Origin: Promethearchaeota archaeon
Lineage (GTDB): Archaea; Asgardarchaeota; Heimdallarchaeia; Hodarchaeales; Hodarchaeaceae
Length of the DNA stretch: 64,000 nucleotides
Direction of reading: 5' to 3'
Assembly: GCA_048938105.1 (NCBI GenBank)
Contig: JBHLMN010000003.1
Location: forward strand, 64,001-128,000
The translations under genes were made by a program, and so were the position numbers. Positions within the stretch are counted from its first letter, which is position 1. Each line of letters starts with the position of its first letter. Below, piece by piece: positions 29,176 to 39,589 of this stretch. The notes below the pieces were generated by a model. It worked only from the letters and a program-made list of their open reading frames with translations, ran no database searches and was not told the DNA's origin.

Positions 29176-30620
29176 GGAATTCTGGTTTGATAGAGGTTAA
29201 AATAAGCATTTGCCGAATTTTGCCAAGAGAAATCTTGTTGCATTCCTCTTCGCATCAATTTACTCCACTCAAGTTTAGACTGGAAAACTTGGAGTGCACA
29301 TTCGATAGCTGCTAAAAAATCCTCTTCATCATATGATTCGAATAAAAACCCAGTACCTTTTTTAGAATCAGATGTATAGTCAATAATGCTATCTGTTAGC
29401 CCTCCTGTTTTGAAAGCGATGGGTACTGTTCCATACCTCAAACTATATTTATCATTTAATCCACATGGTTCATAGCGAGAAGGCATAAGGAGGATATCGG
29501 CACCAGCTTCAATCTGATGTGCTAAGTAATCATTATAGGTCAAAGCAATACCTATTTTTGACGGATATTGCTTAGTTAATGCATTAAACTGTTGTTCTAA
29601 TTTTGGGTCTCCCACACCTAGTAGCACAAATTGAACTCTGTCTTGTTCCAATAATCTTGGAATCACCTTAAGGACTAATTCCATTCCCTTTTGCCATGCT
29701 AATCTTGATATTACGCTAAGAATTGGAATTGAAGGATTTTCACTTAGAAGAAAATACTGTTGAATTGCTGCTTTACATATTGATTTTCCATCTAGATCTC
29801 TACTAGAGTAATTAGATGGAAGGTACTGATCTGTTTCAGGATTCCAAATAGAATAATCAACACCATTAAGAATCCCGAAGATTTTTGACTGATTCTTTCG
29901 TAATAAGTTCTCTAATCCAACTCCAAACTTTTTTGTTTGAATTTCTTTTGCATATGTGGGACTGACTGTTGTAATCATATCAGAGTACAATATTCCTGCC
30001 TTCATTAAACTAAATTTTCCCCAATACTCTAAAGAATCATAATAGGAGGAGTCAATTCCTAACAAATGAAACTGTGAACGGCTGAACTTACCCTGATAAG
30101 CTAAATTGTGGATTGTATAAACACGAAGGGGTGTACTTTTCTGGAAAAAACTTAATACCTCTGTATAAAGCCCAATCAAAGCGGTTTGCCAATCGTGCAT
30201 ATGGAAAACATCATATGATGTTGATGATGATAGATGTTTAATTGTTTCCAACACCCCACGACAAAAAAATACAAAACGAGCTAGGTTATCTCGATAATCT
30301 TTACCATTCTTCACATATAATTGCGAACGATGTCTAAAAAAATGATAATTATCAATAAAGTATATCGTAAGATCAGGTAAATCAGTTTTTAGCTTTATGG
30401 TTGTACCTTTATAACTTCGTGAACCGATTTTTATCTTGAATTCAAATTGAAGATTCGTTACCGGTAGTTCTTGACGTTCTATTTCTCGGTAATATGGAAT
30501 AAAAACATCAATTTGGGTACCTATCGCTGATAAAGCTCGAGGGAGAGACCCAATTACATCAGCTAATCCCCCTGTCTTGATGTAAGGCACCATTTCACTT
30601 GCAAACATTGCGACTCTCAT
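29172..30620 (-). CDS. glgA: Glycogen/starch synthase (GT5)
   Basis: KTGGLADV, HMHDWQT, TIHNLAYQG, GILNGVD, MPSRYEPCGL. GAGG precedes ATG 30620 (track start 30662). 4-nt overlap with hisS. Confidence 0.95.
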   Translation of the reverse strand: MRVAMFASEMVPYIKTGGLADVIGSLPRALSAIGTQIDVFIPYYREIERQELPVTNLQFEFKIKIGSRSYKGTTIKLKTDLPDLTIYFIDNYHFFRHRSQLYVKNGKDYRDNLARFVFFCRGVLETIKHLSSSTSYDVFHMHDWQTALIGLYTEVLSFFQKSTPLRVYTIHNLAYQGKFSRSQFHLLGIDSSYYDSLEYWGKFSLMKAGILYSDMITTVSPTYAKEIQTKKFGVGLENLLRKNQSKIFGILNGVDYSIWNPETDQYLPSNYSSRDLDGKSICKAAIQQYFLLSENPSIPILSVISRLAWQKGMELVLKVIPRLLEQDRVQFVLLGVGDPKLEQQFNALTKQYPSKIGIALTYNDYLAHQIEAGADILLMPSRYEPCGLNDKYSLRYGTVPIAFKTGGLTDSIIDYTSDSKKGTGFLFESYDEEDFLAAIECALQVFQSKLEWSKLMRRGMQQDFSWQNSANAYFNLYQTRIP

Positions 30621-30679
30621 TCTTGTAACCTCAATATTATTAAACTTATTATTTTGGGCCACACTAAAGGTCTTTCATT

Positions 30680-31285
30680 TTGATCTTATCACCAGACACA
30701 ATCATTGTTCTATTTGTATTAATTTTTGGTTTAATTCATTCAGTACTTGCACGAGATTTCGCTAAAGAAAAGTTACAGATTATCAGCAACTATCGCCGTT
30801 TTTATATTCTTGTTTCGTTATTAACCTTGGTACTATTAATCTTAATAGAATTCAACTTAGCTCGGCAAGGAACCAAGATTGAAGTAATCATAAAAAATCC
30901 TCCTATTGGAATTCTGTTTGTTTTTATTGGTGGATTCTTATTTATTGGAAGTATGCTTCAATTGCGTCTTTCTAAGGGATTAGAGAAAAACCAGCTTATT
31001 AAGACTGGATTTTTCGCTTTTAGTAGGCATCCAATTTATCTAGGGGGAATAATTTTACTAATAAGCATGGGATTATGTTTTATTAACAATTCTGTTCATA
31101 TGTATTTTCTATTATCACTGGCACTTTATCTTTTCATCGGATCATTAATTGAAGATTATTATCTTCTTCGTAATGTTCCTGAATACCCTGAATACAAGAA
31201 GATTTGTGGAAAATACCTTCCTTGGAGAAAAAAACATATAATTTATTTTTTTCAAAACATATTACCAAAGAAAATAAAAGATTAA
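30680..31285 (+). CDS. ICMT/PEMT/NnrU-like integral membrane methyltransferase-family protein
   Basis: LIKTGFFAFSRHPIYLG and IEDYYLL...EYPEYKK motifs, an N-terminal HS motif, and multiple TM helices. Confidence 0.8.
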   Translation: MILSPDTIIVLFVLIFGLIHSVLARDFAKEKLQIISNYRRFYILVSLLTLVLLILIEFNLARQGTKIEVIIKNPPIGILFVFIGGFLFIGSMLQLRLSKGLEKNQLIKTGFFAFSRHPIYLGGIILLISMGLCFINNSVHMYFLLSLALYLFIGSLIEDYYLLRNVPEYPEYKKICGKYLPWRKKHIIYFFQNILPKKIKD

Positions 31286-31398
31286 AGTTTATAATTATGA
31301 AGTGTTAAATATCATCGATTTTAAAGGAATCGTTCAAAAACAATTTCTAACCAACCAAGTCATTCGATGCCCTCCCACTGAAAGGAGTTGACTTCAAA

Positions 31399-34300
31399 AT
31401 GGACATCGAAATCAAGCTTAAAGAGATAAGAAAACTAGAAAAGAAAAAAAAGTGGGAAGATGCCAGTAAGGCGGCGGTTGAGTTAGCTGAATACCATATT
31501 GAAAAGAAGAATTTCATTGAAGGTTTAAAATATTTTGAACAAGCAATTTCAGCTCTGCAAAAGGAAAAAAAAGCAGAAAAAATAATTGTACTATATCGAA
31601 AAATAATTGGGGCCGCTAGAAAAGGTAAAGCTAAAACGAGAAAAGAATTATTTCGTTATGCGGCAGCTGCAATTCCTTTGATTGAGGAATACATTCGAGT
31701 TTTAAAAGAGAGTAATCGCTATATTTCCAAACATGGGGCTATGACTCGATATTTTCTTGGAGAATGTCGTGAAATTGTTTCTGGTATCACACAACGAGAT
31801 GATGAATTTATTAGAGCTGGGCATATATTTTTAGAAGTTGGGGAGAAGCTCACCAAAAGCAAAAAAACCGAAACCGAGGCAGACGAAGCTTTTGACAAGG
31901 CTCGTACAATATTCGATCTAATCAATAACAAAGAGGAGACGTTTAAAGCTCTTCTTCTAGAGGCCGAATTAAACGTTAGGAAATATCGTTTAGAGAGGGG
32001 ATTTTTACTATTTGAAGATGCAAGGGGTATGTTTGATGATGATGATCATCAGGCAAATGTAGTAGATTTGGAGAAGGTAGTATATGCAGAAATGGGATTA
32101 GAACTTCTAAAAAATCATTTTACGGATGTAGAAAAACACGAAATCGCTGACATGCTTATTTCAAAATCGAGAGAAGCTCATTTATTAGCAAAATCTCTCG
32201 ATGAAGTGTCTGAAATTCTCTTTGAAATTGGTAGAATAAATATTGCGAATAAGCAACTAATAAATGGATTCAAAGTTTTCGACGAAGCAATTACTAATTC
32301 TCAATTAGTCGGTGATGAGACCACTCCAAAGAAAATTATAGAGTATCTATTTCAAGAAGGAAAAAATCTTGCTGAGAATCTTCTTAAACCCTCCATATCA
32401 CTTGAACCAACCATTGATCTTAGTAACCTCCCATTCGTGATATATTTTGATAAGATGGAGGAGATATGTAAAAAATTAGACAGAGGCCAAGAAATAGAAG
32501 AAGTAGCTTTATATATATGGCAATTAGGATTAGATTTACTAGAACAAAAAGCCATTCGTGATGATTTCCCCTTTATTGAGAAAGCAACGAATTATCTTAT
32601 AAACAATAACCGTTTTGTTGGTATCAGTACGATTGGTGATGTTCTGGAAAAAAGACTGGAACATCTTACAGAAAAGAAAGAAATCACAGCATTCGAGAGT
32701 TTAAAAACATTTTTAGTAGATATATATACTCGAATCGATGATTATCAATCAGCAGGATTTTTAAATGTCAAGATCGCACAAGTTTATGCCTCATGGGGAA
32801 ATTTTGAAAAACAAATTGCTTGTTTACGTGAAACATCAACGCTTTTTCAGAATGCTGATGAAGACACACTCAAAGCTTTTAGTGAAGCTCTCAATGAGCA
32901 GTTCATAACCTTACAAACGTATGTACCCGACTCAATTTATAATGAAGTTTTATATCTACTTGGTAATTCATACTTGCAACTCAAAGATGACGACAAGTAT
33001 GATTCCTTATTTTCCAGTATTGCATTAAAGACCCTAGAAAATAATGACCCCTCTAAAGCCATGGAATTCCATCAACAAGATTATGAATTTCTTATAAGAA
33101 CAAAAAATTACTCTCGTGCATTAGCAAGAATAGAAGAGTTCTTAAAAGCTCTTTTCTCGAAAGGACAACATAAATACGCAAAAGATCTCAGATCCAAACA
33201 AATACAATTATTGATAGAGACTAAATCTTCTCAAGAACAAGTCTTACAAACCATTAAAAGCCTAGAAGATCAAATTACAGAAGCACTAAGCCAAAAAGTG
33301 GATATTGCACTAGTGAATGGCCTATTCAATCATATTATAGAGCTATATGATTATTTAGGACTGAAAGAAGCACATGGGGATGCATTATTTGAAATGGCAT
33401 CTCGCTTATTTGAATTGGAATATATTGACTCTGGATTTGAATATCTAAATAGGGCTTATGAGCAATTTAAGGTAGAAGATGCAATTGAGAAACATGGGCT
33501 TTTACTTGATTTTGCTTTCGAGAAAAAGAATTTTTACCAAGATCTTGCTGATCAAGAAACCGCTAATAGATTTCTGGATTTCCTGATCAGAAATCTCATC
33601 GAACTGAACCAGATTAAAGAAGCAGCAGAATTAATAATGAATCGTGCCATTCAGCTCATTCCAATAGATGAGGCTGAAGCGTTTAACCAATTTGAAGAAG
33701 CAAAAAAGTTAATATCCCAAGCACAGTCGTCAGAGGATATCTTACAATATTATCAAGATTATGGATCCGCTCTTTTAAAAGTAGGGAAAATTAACAAGGG
33801 TATGGAAGCTCTCGCCAAAGCAGAAGGGTCCACTTCTACAAATTCTCTAGCAATTGCAGATACATGCCTAACAGTAGCAAAAGATAGATTTACAGAAAAA
33901 GACTATGATGTTTATTTTATCCTTGTAGATCGAGCATTATCTATCTATACTGATTTAGAAATGTATCAAGAATCATCATCAATTGCTCTAGCTGAAGCTC
34001 GAAAATTGTGGAGCGTAAATAATCTACCCTACACAATGATTTATTTGGAACGAGCTTGGGCACCTTTAGCGATGACCTATGATGAAAAATTAGAAAAATC
34101 AATTCAACCAGTCTTACAAGTATCAGAAGAGTTTGTTACCGCTCTTTTTGAACAAAAGAGGTATGATGAAGCAAAGAACTTTCTAGAGTTTCAAGAACGA
34201 ATCTATAGACAGTTAAACCTCACAGAAAAAGTTTTAGAGGTAGAGCGGAGAAAAATTGATGCTTTAATTGGACGGGGAAATCTCGATGGTGCTCTTTCCC

Positions 34301-35208
34301 AGGTTCTCGATATGGCTACTATTGGAATCGAAGAATCGAAATTCAAAGAAACAGTAGCCCTTCTAAAGGATTTATTGCCAGGTTTTATCACAACTTCCCC
34401 ATTAAAAGCAAAAGATCTCCTCAAGATTTTCATCAACATCCTTCTGACAATGAAACCAACAGAATTAGCTACGAAGATCCTTTATGAATCACTAGATTAT
34501 CATATAATTTTAATTACGGGATATAGAAATCAAATGGAATTATTTCAAGATCAAGTTGCCCTCTTTTTTAACGCCTTGACTGAGGTAGCAGAAGCAGAAC
34601 AGGTTCTAGGCTATTTTATTATTCGCTTCAGTGAAGAAATGACCAAACTTAAAGATTATCATATTCTTTTCACGGTTTTAAATCAAAATATTCCCAATTT
34701 ACAAGTGACTGATTCCACTAATAAAATGAAGATAGTAAATGAAATTAGTTCAATATTAGAGTATCATGACTTAGCCCCACACACAATCCTGAATGGATTG
34801 GAATTTATGAATGCATTAACCCAAAATATAGAAGTTGAGAATAGAGAGAATGTATCACGTACATTTTACAGGATTGGTATGAAAAATAAAAACCAGAAAG
34901 AAGTTTACGAGCAGGCTGTTCAATTAGCCCTTGAACAATCTAAATTAACCAAGAATGTTCCCCTAACCTTAGATTTAATCTATGGAATGATTGAAGAAGA
35001 TTTGAAAACAGAGAATTACTTAAATGCATTAAGAAGACTAGATGAGGTTATAGAAAAATTAGATCAAGCTCCACTAGCAATGGCAAAAAAATTCGCTAAA
35101 TTACTAGATGAGTATCAAATCAAATTAGCAAAAGAGAAAAAAAGGAAATGGACGGATCTTTTGGCTACTAAATATCAGATAATTCTTGATAGATTCTTAA
35201 ATGAGTAA
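31399..35208 (+). CDS. Large all-alpha TPR/SNAP-like solenoid protein
   Basis: 1269 aa, entirely helical, with repeating A/G-x-x-Y/F-x-x-A helix pairs. No TM. SD-like AGGAG upstream. Confidence 0.75.
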   Translation: MDIEIKLKEIRKLEKKKKWEDASKAAVELAEYHIEKKNFIEGLKYFEQAISALQKEKKAEKIIVLYRKIIGAARKGKAKTRKELFRYAAAAIPLIEEYIRVLKESNRYISKHGAMTRYFLGECREIVSGITQRDDEFIRAGHIFLEVGEKLTKSKKTETEADEAFDKARTIFDLINNKEETFKALLLEAELNVRKYRLERGFLLFEDARGMFDDDDHQANVVDLEKVVYAEMGLELLKNHFTDVEKHEIADMLISKSREAHLLAKSLDEVSEILFEIGRINIANKQLINGFKVFDEAITNSQLVGDETTPKKIIEYLFQEGKNLAENLLKPSISLEPTIDLSNLPFVIYFDKMEEICKKLDRGQEIEEVALYIWQLGLDLLEQKAIRDDFPFIEKATNYLINNNRFVGISTIGDVLEKRLEHLTEKKEITAFESLKTFLVDIYTRIDDYQSAGFLNVKIAQVYASWGNFEKQIACLRETSTLFQNADEDTLKAFSEALNEQFITLQTYVPDSIYNEVLYLLGNSYLQLKDDDKYDSLFSSIALKTLENNDPSKAMEFHQQDYEFLIRTKNYSRALARIEEFLKALFSKGQHKYAKDLRSKQIQLLIETKSSQEQVLQTIKSLEDQITEALSQKVDIALVNGLFNHIIELYDYLGLKEAHGDALFEMASRLFELEYIDSGFEYLNRAYEQFKVEDAIEKHGLLLDFAFEKKNFYQDLADQETANRFLDFLIRNLIELNQIKEAAELIMNRAIQLIPIDEAEAFNQFEEAKKLISQAQSSEDILQYYQDYGSALLKVGKINKGMEALAKAEGSTSTNSLAIADTCLTVAKDRFTEKDYDVYFILVDRALSIYTDLEMYQESSSIALAEARKLWSVNNLPYTMIYLERAWAPLAMTYDEKLEKSIQPVLQVSEEFVTALFEQKRYDEAKNFLEFQERIYRQLNLTEKVLEVERRKIDALIGRGNLDGALSQVLDMATIGIEESKFKETVALLKDLLPGFITTSPLKAKDLLKIFINILLTMKPTELATKILYESLDYHIILITGYRNQMELFQDQVALFFNALTEVAEAEQVLGYFIIRFSEEMTKLKDYHILFTVLNQNIPNLQVTDSTNKMKIVNEISSILEYHDLAPHTILNGLEFMNALTQNIEVENRENVSRTFYRIGMKNKNQKEVYEQAVQLALEQSKLTKNVPLTLDLIYGMIEEDLKTENYLNALRRLDEVIEKLDQAPLAMAKKFAKLLDEYQIKLAKEKKRKWTDLLATKYQIILDRFLNE

Positions 35209-35360
35209 ATTCACACTATAAAGCTGATATCTTCAGAGAATACTCTTGAAAATCTGCTTGAAACAATAAAAATATTTGGACGAAGTTAAAAAGAAAAAAT
35301 AGTAACCAATAAAAATTAGCAAATGTAAAGTACTTTTAGATGTTTTGAAGGTTTATTCTT

Positions 35361-35795
35361 ATGAGTGGTGATTATACGGCGTGGTTTTGCCAAGAAATGA
35401 AAAAACTGCTTGATTTGATAGCCAATCGCGCACATCAGACTAATCCTGCGGAGGTCAATAATCAAGTTGCGGAAATCCAACGCGGAGTAGAATATGGTAC
35501 AAATAATCCTGGATCAATTGACAATTTGCTCCTCAAACTGGGTAGAAACTTTATTGATTCCTTTCAAGTTTACTTACGTCAAATGAAAGCTAGATCTCCT
35601 ACAGGAATACCCCCTGGTGGCCAAGCAACATTACTTGCGGGAGTAGGTGATAGTCCAATAAGTGATGCAGGAACTACAAGTCAGCAATTCAGTGTAGATG
35701 AGTTAAAAGGAGCATTGAAATCACGAAAAAAAGAAAAAATCGTAAAAAAGATGAAAGGATCTTTAGATCTTTTGAAGGAATATGAAGATACTTAA
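35361..35795 (+). CDS. Hypothetical protein: helical N-domain, Pro/Gly linker, basic amphipathic C-terminal helix
   Basis: 144-aa ATG ORF following the solenoid gene on the same strand. Confidence 0.7.
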   Translation: MSGDYTAWFCQEMKKLLDLIANRAHQTNPAEVNNQVAEIQRGVEYGTNNPGSIDNLLLKLGRNFIDSFQVYLRQMKARSPTGIPPGGQATLLAGVGDSPISDAGTTSQQFSVDELKGALKSRKKEKIVKKMKGSLDLLKEYEDT

Positions 35796-35812
35796 TTATA
35801 TGCCTTTATCTT

Positions 35813-36337
35813 TTAAAACTTAATTTCAGATAATATATTATCTATTTGATCTGTTAGTTCCTTCAAGGTTCCATCGTTTATGATAATATAATTTACAGGA
35901 AGATTAGAGACTTGAATTTCGGTTAAATGATTTGACCATCTTTTCCAATCTAGATCAGAGATCTTTCTATTTCCACGGGTCTCAAGTCTTATTTTACGTA
36001 TTTTAGAAGACGATTCAATTCTAATAAATTTGAAACCAAGAGGTTTAAGGTAGTCCACTTCGTTCATTCTTCGTATGTCATCGACTACTATTGATTCAGA
36101 AGATTCTTGTATCTTTTTAGTTAGGTATTTTATCCAGACATCATCATCAAATTCACGAAAAAATTTCCCCATTCCTTGGAGTAAATCCCGTGTAATTTCT
36201 AATTCTAACTCCTGTGCAATTTCTCTCATCTTACCAGAAAGTTGCATACGAATAAATCTATATTTTTTAACAATATATGCTGCTGCAGTAGATTTTCCAC
36301 TTCCCATATGGCCTGTTATTCCAATAAGAAGCCGCAT
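35813..36337 (-). CDS. P-loop nucleoside monophosphate kinase / dephospho-CoA kinase-like protein
   Basis: IGITGHMGSGKST Walker A, VVDDIRRMNE, IINDGT. Confidence 0.85.
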   Translation of the reverse strand: MRLLIGITGHMGSGKSTAAAYIVKKYRFIRMQLSGKMREIAQELELEITRDLLQGMGKFFREFDDDVWIKYLTKKIQESSESIVVDDIRRMNEVDYLKPLGFKFIRIESSSKIRKIRLETRGNRKISDLDWKRWSNHLTEIQVSNLPVNYIIINDGTLKELTDQIDNILSEIKF

Positions 36338-36372
36338 AGCTTATTCTACCTGTAAAAAAGTATCGTTATTCA

Positions 36373-38220
36373 TTATAAATCCGGATGCCTCTGAGAATCA
36401 AGCTCATTAGAATCTGAATTTCCTTCATTTACATCAAAGTTATCCTCATCAGAGGCTAAGGATAAATCAATTGATTCGATTTTTCCTTCTTTCGGTTCAT
36501 ATGTGGCTACAGCTGGCCTTCGTGAAAGGATAATCTTTCGTATGACCCAACCAAGTCCGAAAATAAATCCAGCATAGAATGCAACTGATTCAACATATTC
36601 AAAGTACAGTACCGCACGAAAAAGAATTTCAACGAAACCTTGGCTTAAAAGGGGAGCGTCCGCGTATAATTCTGGTGTCGCTTCATGTAATTCATAGATA
36701 TCACCAAGAATATTCGTAATTATCAATACAAAAGCTGTTGATATAAGAAGAAAAAAGATAGAAAGACGTTCTTTTACTCTAGGTGTCACAATAGTGATAG
36801 AAAGAAATTTGAAAGCAGCAGCTATAATAAAATAGAGAGGTAAGAGAAGAAACGGAACATACTTAAAGGTGGGCCATATAAGCATAAACCATTCTGACAA
36901 TGGAAGCACCAACTCATCATAGATTAGATAAATTAAGGAAGGAATCTCAAGATCTATCTCAAGATTTAACTCTAACTCTAAGATTTGTAAGATACCACGC
37001 AAGCTGTTCCAAAATAATCCCAGCCACGCTGAAAACATAATCAGATATTTCATGATCACAGCAATCTTAGGAGGCGAACGAGCGATAACACGTCCAGTTC
37101 GTGCTACTTCAACTCCTTTGAAAATCGCTGTAAATATAGCAACAATTGCAAATCCCTCTGCAAATCCAACAATCACAGTAGCGATAAGAGTAATGAAAAC
37201 AAAATCGAGCTGAAGTATATTTATAATATCAAAAGCACGGGTTATGAATACAACCCATAAATCGGTCTTATCCTCAAATAGGATATCCCAAATTGTCCAT
37301 GATATAACTGGGAGTAAATAGAGAATTCCTATTAAGGGGATAATCAGCAGAAAATTTACACTTGTTATAAATGCAGTTACCTTAAGACCTCTCCATAAAA
37401 TTAGGAAAATAAATTTTACTAATTGATAAATCCACCATAATATCATTCCAATGAGGATAATTCCAACAATTGGTGCAATAGGAGTAGCCAATAGATTGAA
37501 AAGAAATAATCCGAATATCGGTATCCCTAACCAGGCTAATATTTTGTAAAGTCTCTTATTCTCTTCTTCTTCATCTACTTCCTCTTTTCTAAAACGTGAA
37601 GTTACCCTATTTCTAGCTAGAGTTGTTAAAATGGATAGAAAAATCAATACAGAGAATGCAATTATTACCAAGAAGAAAAAATCGAAATAGATATTACGAG
37701 CAGTTTGGTAAAATTCCTTCCCCGTTCCTATTTTCTCAGTTAAACCAGGAATGTTAGCTTCAGAAGATACAAGCACCCATTCCATAGCAAGAACAGGGAG
37801 AAGCTCAAGATATGTTGGTTTTATATCCAAGACAGGATTTTCCTGATACAGAAACACATCTAGAAGTAAATAGATGGCTGAACAAAACGACAATGCCAAT
37901 GCTGCAAAGAGGAAAAAACGAGCATTATACACCATTTCATTAGTTTCTTCATTACGTAAACCAAATTCTGTTGCCATATCGAATAATACAATCTTAGAAA
38001 AACCGATTAAAACGCAAAAAAAACATAGACTTGAAAGTACAACTGCAACTAAGTATGCTGGATCCTCAATTGTAGCAGATGAAAGATCAATCTCTTGGGA
38101 AACAAACATTACGCCGATAATTAATAGTGCTATTACTAGAAGACCTAGAATTTTATAGATCTGGCTTTTGAGGTATTCTTTCCATGGAATGCGAGACAAC
38201 TCGGTTATAACAGAAGACAT
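36373..38220 (-). CDS. Polytopic membrane protein (about 12 TM), function unknown
   Basis: 615 aa with many hydrophobic helices and an acidic C-terminal tail. Confidence 0.75.
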   Translation of the reverse strand: MSSVITELSRIPWKEYLKSQIYKILGLLVIALLIIGVMFVSQEIDLSSATIEDPAYLVAVVLSSLCFFCVLIGFSKIVLFDMATEFGLRNEETNEMVYNARFFLFAALALSFCSAIYLLLDVFLYQENPVLDIKPTYLELLPVLAMEWVLVSSEANIPGLTEKIGTGKEFYQTARNIYFDFFFLVIIAFSVLIFLSILTTLARNRVTSRFRKEEVDEEEENKRLYKILAWLGIPIFGLFLFNLLATPIAPIVGIILIGMILWWIYQLVKFIFLILWRGLKVTAFITSVNFLLIIPLIGILYLLPVISWTIWDILFEDKTDLWVVFITRAFDIINILQLDFVFITLIATVIVGFAEGFAIVAIFTAIFKGVEVARTGRVIARSPPKIAVIMKYLIMFSAWLGLFWNSLRGILQILELELNLEIDLEIPSLIYLIYDELVLPLSEWFMLIWPTFKYVPFLLLPLYFIIAAAFKFLSITIVTPRVKERLSIFFLLISTAFVLIITNILGDIYELHEATPELYADAPLLSQGFVEILFRAVLYFEYVESVAFYAGFIFGLGWVIRKIILSRRPAVATYEPKEGKIESIDLSLASDEDNFDVNEGNSDSNELDSQRHPDL

Positions 38221-38428
38221 AGGGCTTAACTCCTTTAATAGAATTTCTCATCACTCTTTTACTTGATTTAAATGTGAATCGTTATAAATCTTAACTTCCT
38301 AAAATCAGTTTACAGAACATCAAACCATTATAGATGTACACTAAAGGCACTTTACGCTTAAAGTAATCAGTAGATTTTAAAATAATTTCTTTACTTCCTC
38401 CTCAAAAGAATTTTATAAGTGAAAACCT

Positions 38429-38983
38429 ATGAACTATGACGATGAGAAGGCAAAATATCATCTTAAAATCATTGTTTGTGGCGCTGGAGCAGTGGGAAAA
38501 ACATCAATTGTAAGACGTTATGTAGAAGACAAGTTTGAATTCAACTACTTGCTTACAATAGGTTTAGACCCAACCAATCGTCGAATTGAAATTGATGGAT
38601 TTCTTGTTAATTTGGTTATTTTTGATGTGGCTGGCCAAAAACGCTTTCAAACGTTACGAGATATCTTTTTCAGGAAAGCTAATGGTGCTATTTTAGTTTT
38701 CGACCTTACACGACAAGAAACTGTTGATGAACTTTATGAATGGAAAGAACAGATAGACAAGCGCCTAGGGAAAAACCATATCCCGATGATTTTAATTGGT
38801 AATAAATCTGATCTTGAAGATATAATACAAATTGATTATAGTTATCTCGAAGATCAAGTTATTCCAGATTTTACACCAATTAAATATCTAGAAACTTCAG
38901 CGTATCAAGATAAAAATATACGTGAAACATTTTACTTTTTAACCAAAGAAATTCTAATACAACAAGGTATTATTTCATCTTAG
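38429..38983 (+). CDS. Rab/Ras-like small GTPase
   Basis: GAGAVGKT (G1), LTIG (G2), DVAGQ (G3), NKSD (G4), ETSA (G5). No C-terminal Cys. Confidence 0.93.
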   Translation: MNYDDEKAKYHLKIIVCGAGAVGKTSIVRRYVEDKFEFNYLLTIGLDPTNRRIEIDGFLVNLVIFDVAGQKRFQTLRDIFFRKANGAILVFDLTRQETVDELYEWKEQIDKRLGKNHIPMILIGNKSDLEDIIQIDYSYLEDQVIPDFTPIKYLETSAYQDKNIRETFYFLTKEILIQQGIISS

Positions 38984-39365
38984 AAATTAGAACCTAGTAT
39001 AAAAGAACCCATGTTCTCCCCGTCCCATTTTCTTATGTAATCCTTGTGAAAAATCGCAAAGAATTTATTTCTGAGATAAATCGTCTTAATACTCTCGTAG
39101 ATTTTACCCATCTGATAATTCTCTGAAAAATCCTCATAAATTATACTCTTCTACTCTTACATAGGCTTTATATGACAAGGATTTCAAAAACTAATAAGTA
39201 ATGATTTATTTATACCTAAAAAATTGCTAAAGAATTTTAAAAGTCTATCTAGAGATTCTATTCACTAAAAAACCTTAATTACAGAAGCCCAAATTAGTAA
39301 TGAATGAATCCGACAAAAATAATCTTTTTATATAATATTCATTAGAAAAGCACAAAAAAAAATCA

Positions 39366-39584
39366 TTATATCAATTGTGTAAAAAATCCTTGAAAAATGG
39401 GTTTCTCTATTCTAAGGGCATCCCCTTCGCAATTTAATTCACATGCTCGACATTTCAGACAAATAGCAGGCTTTACAAGCTTTGCTTTGGTTTTATTGGT
39501 GTCAAACGTAAAACAACCTCGTGGACATACTTGTATACAGAACTGGCATCCTATACAACGTTCTATATTGAAATGTATTACCAT
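39366..39584 (-). CDS. 2[4Fe-4S] ferredoxin, HgcB-like
   Basis: CIGCQFCIQVCP and CLKCRACELNC. Lies 5 nt downstream of the HgcA-like gene with its own GGAGG. Confidence 0.9.
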   Translation of the reverse strand: MVIHFNIERCIGCQFCIQVCPRGCFTFDTNKTKAKLVKPAICLKCRACELNCEGDALRIEKPIFQGFFTQLI

Positions 39585-39589
39585 GTTTG

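Noticed and set aside
30680-31285. ICMT-like protein as a Rab prenyl-cysteine methyltransferase
   Set aside because: Neither GTPase has a C-terminal Cys/CAAX motif (they end QQGIISS and QLILGE), and the family is common in prokaryotes.
38984-39365. Possible 43-aa minus-strand ORF (MGKIYESIKT...) or ncRNA in the intergenic gap
   Set aside because: No motif, SD or stable structure supports it.
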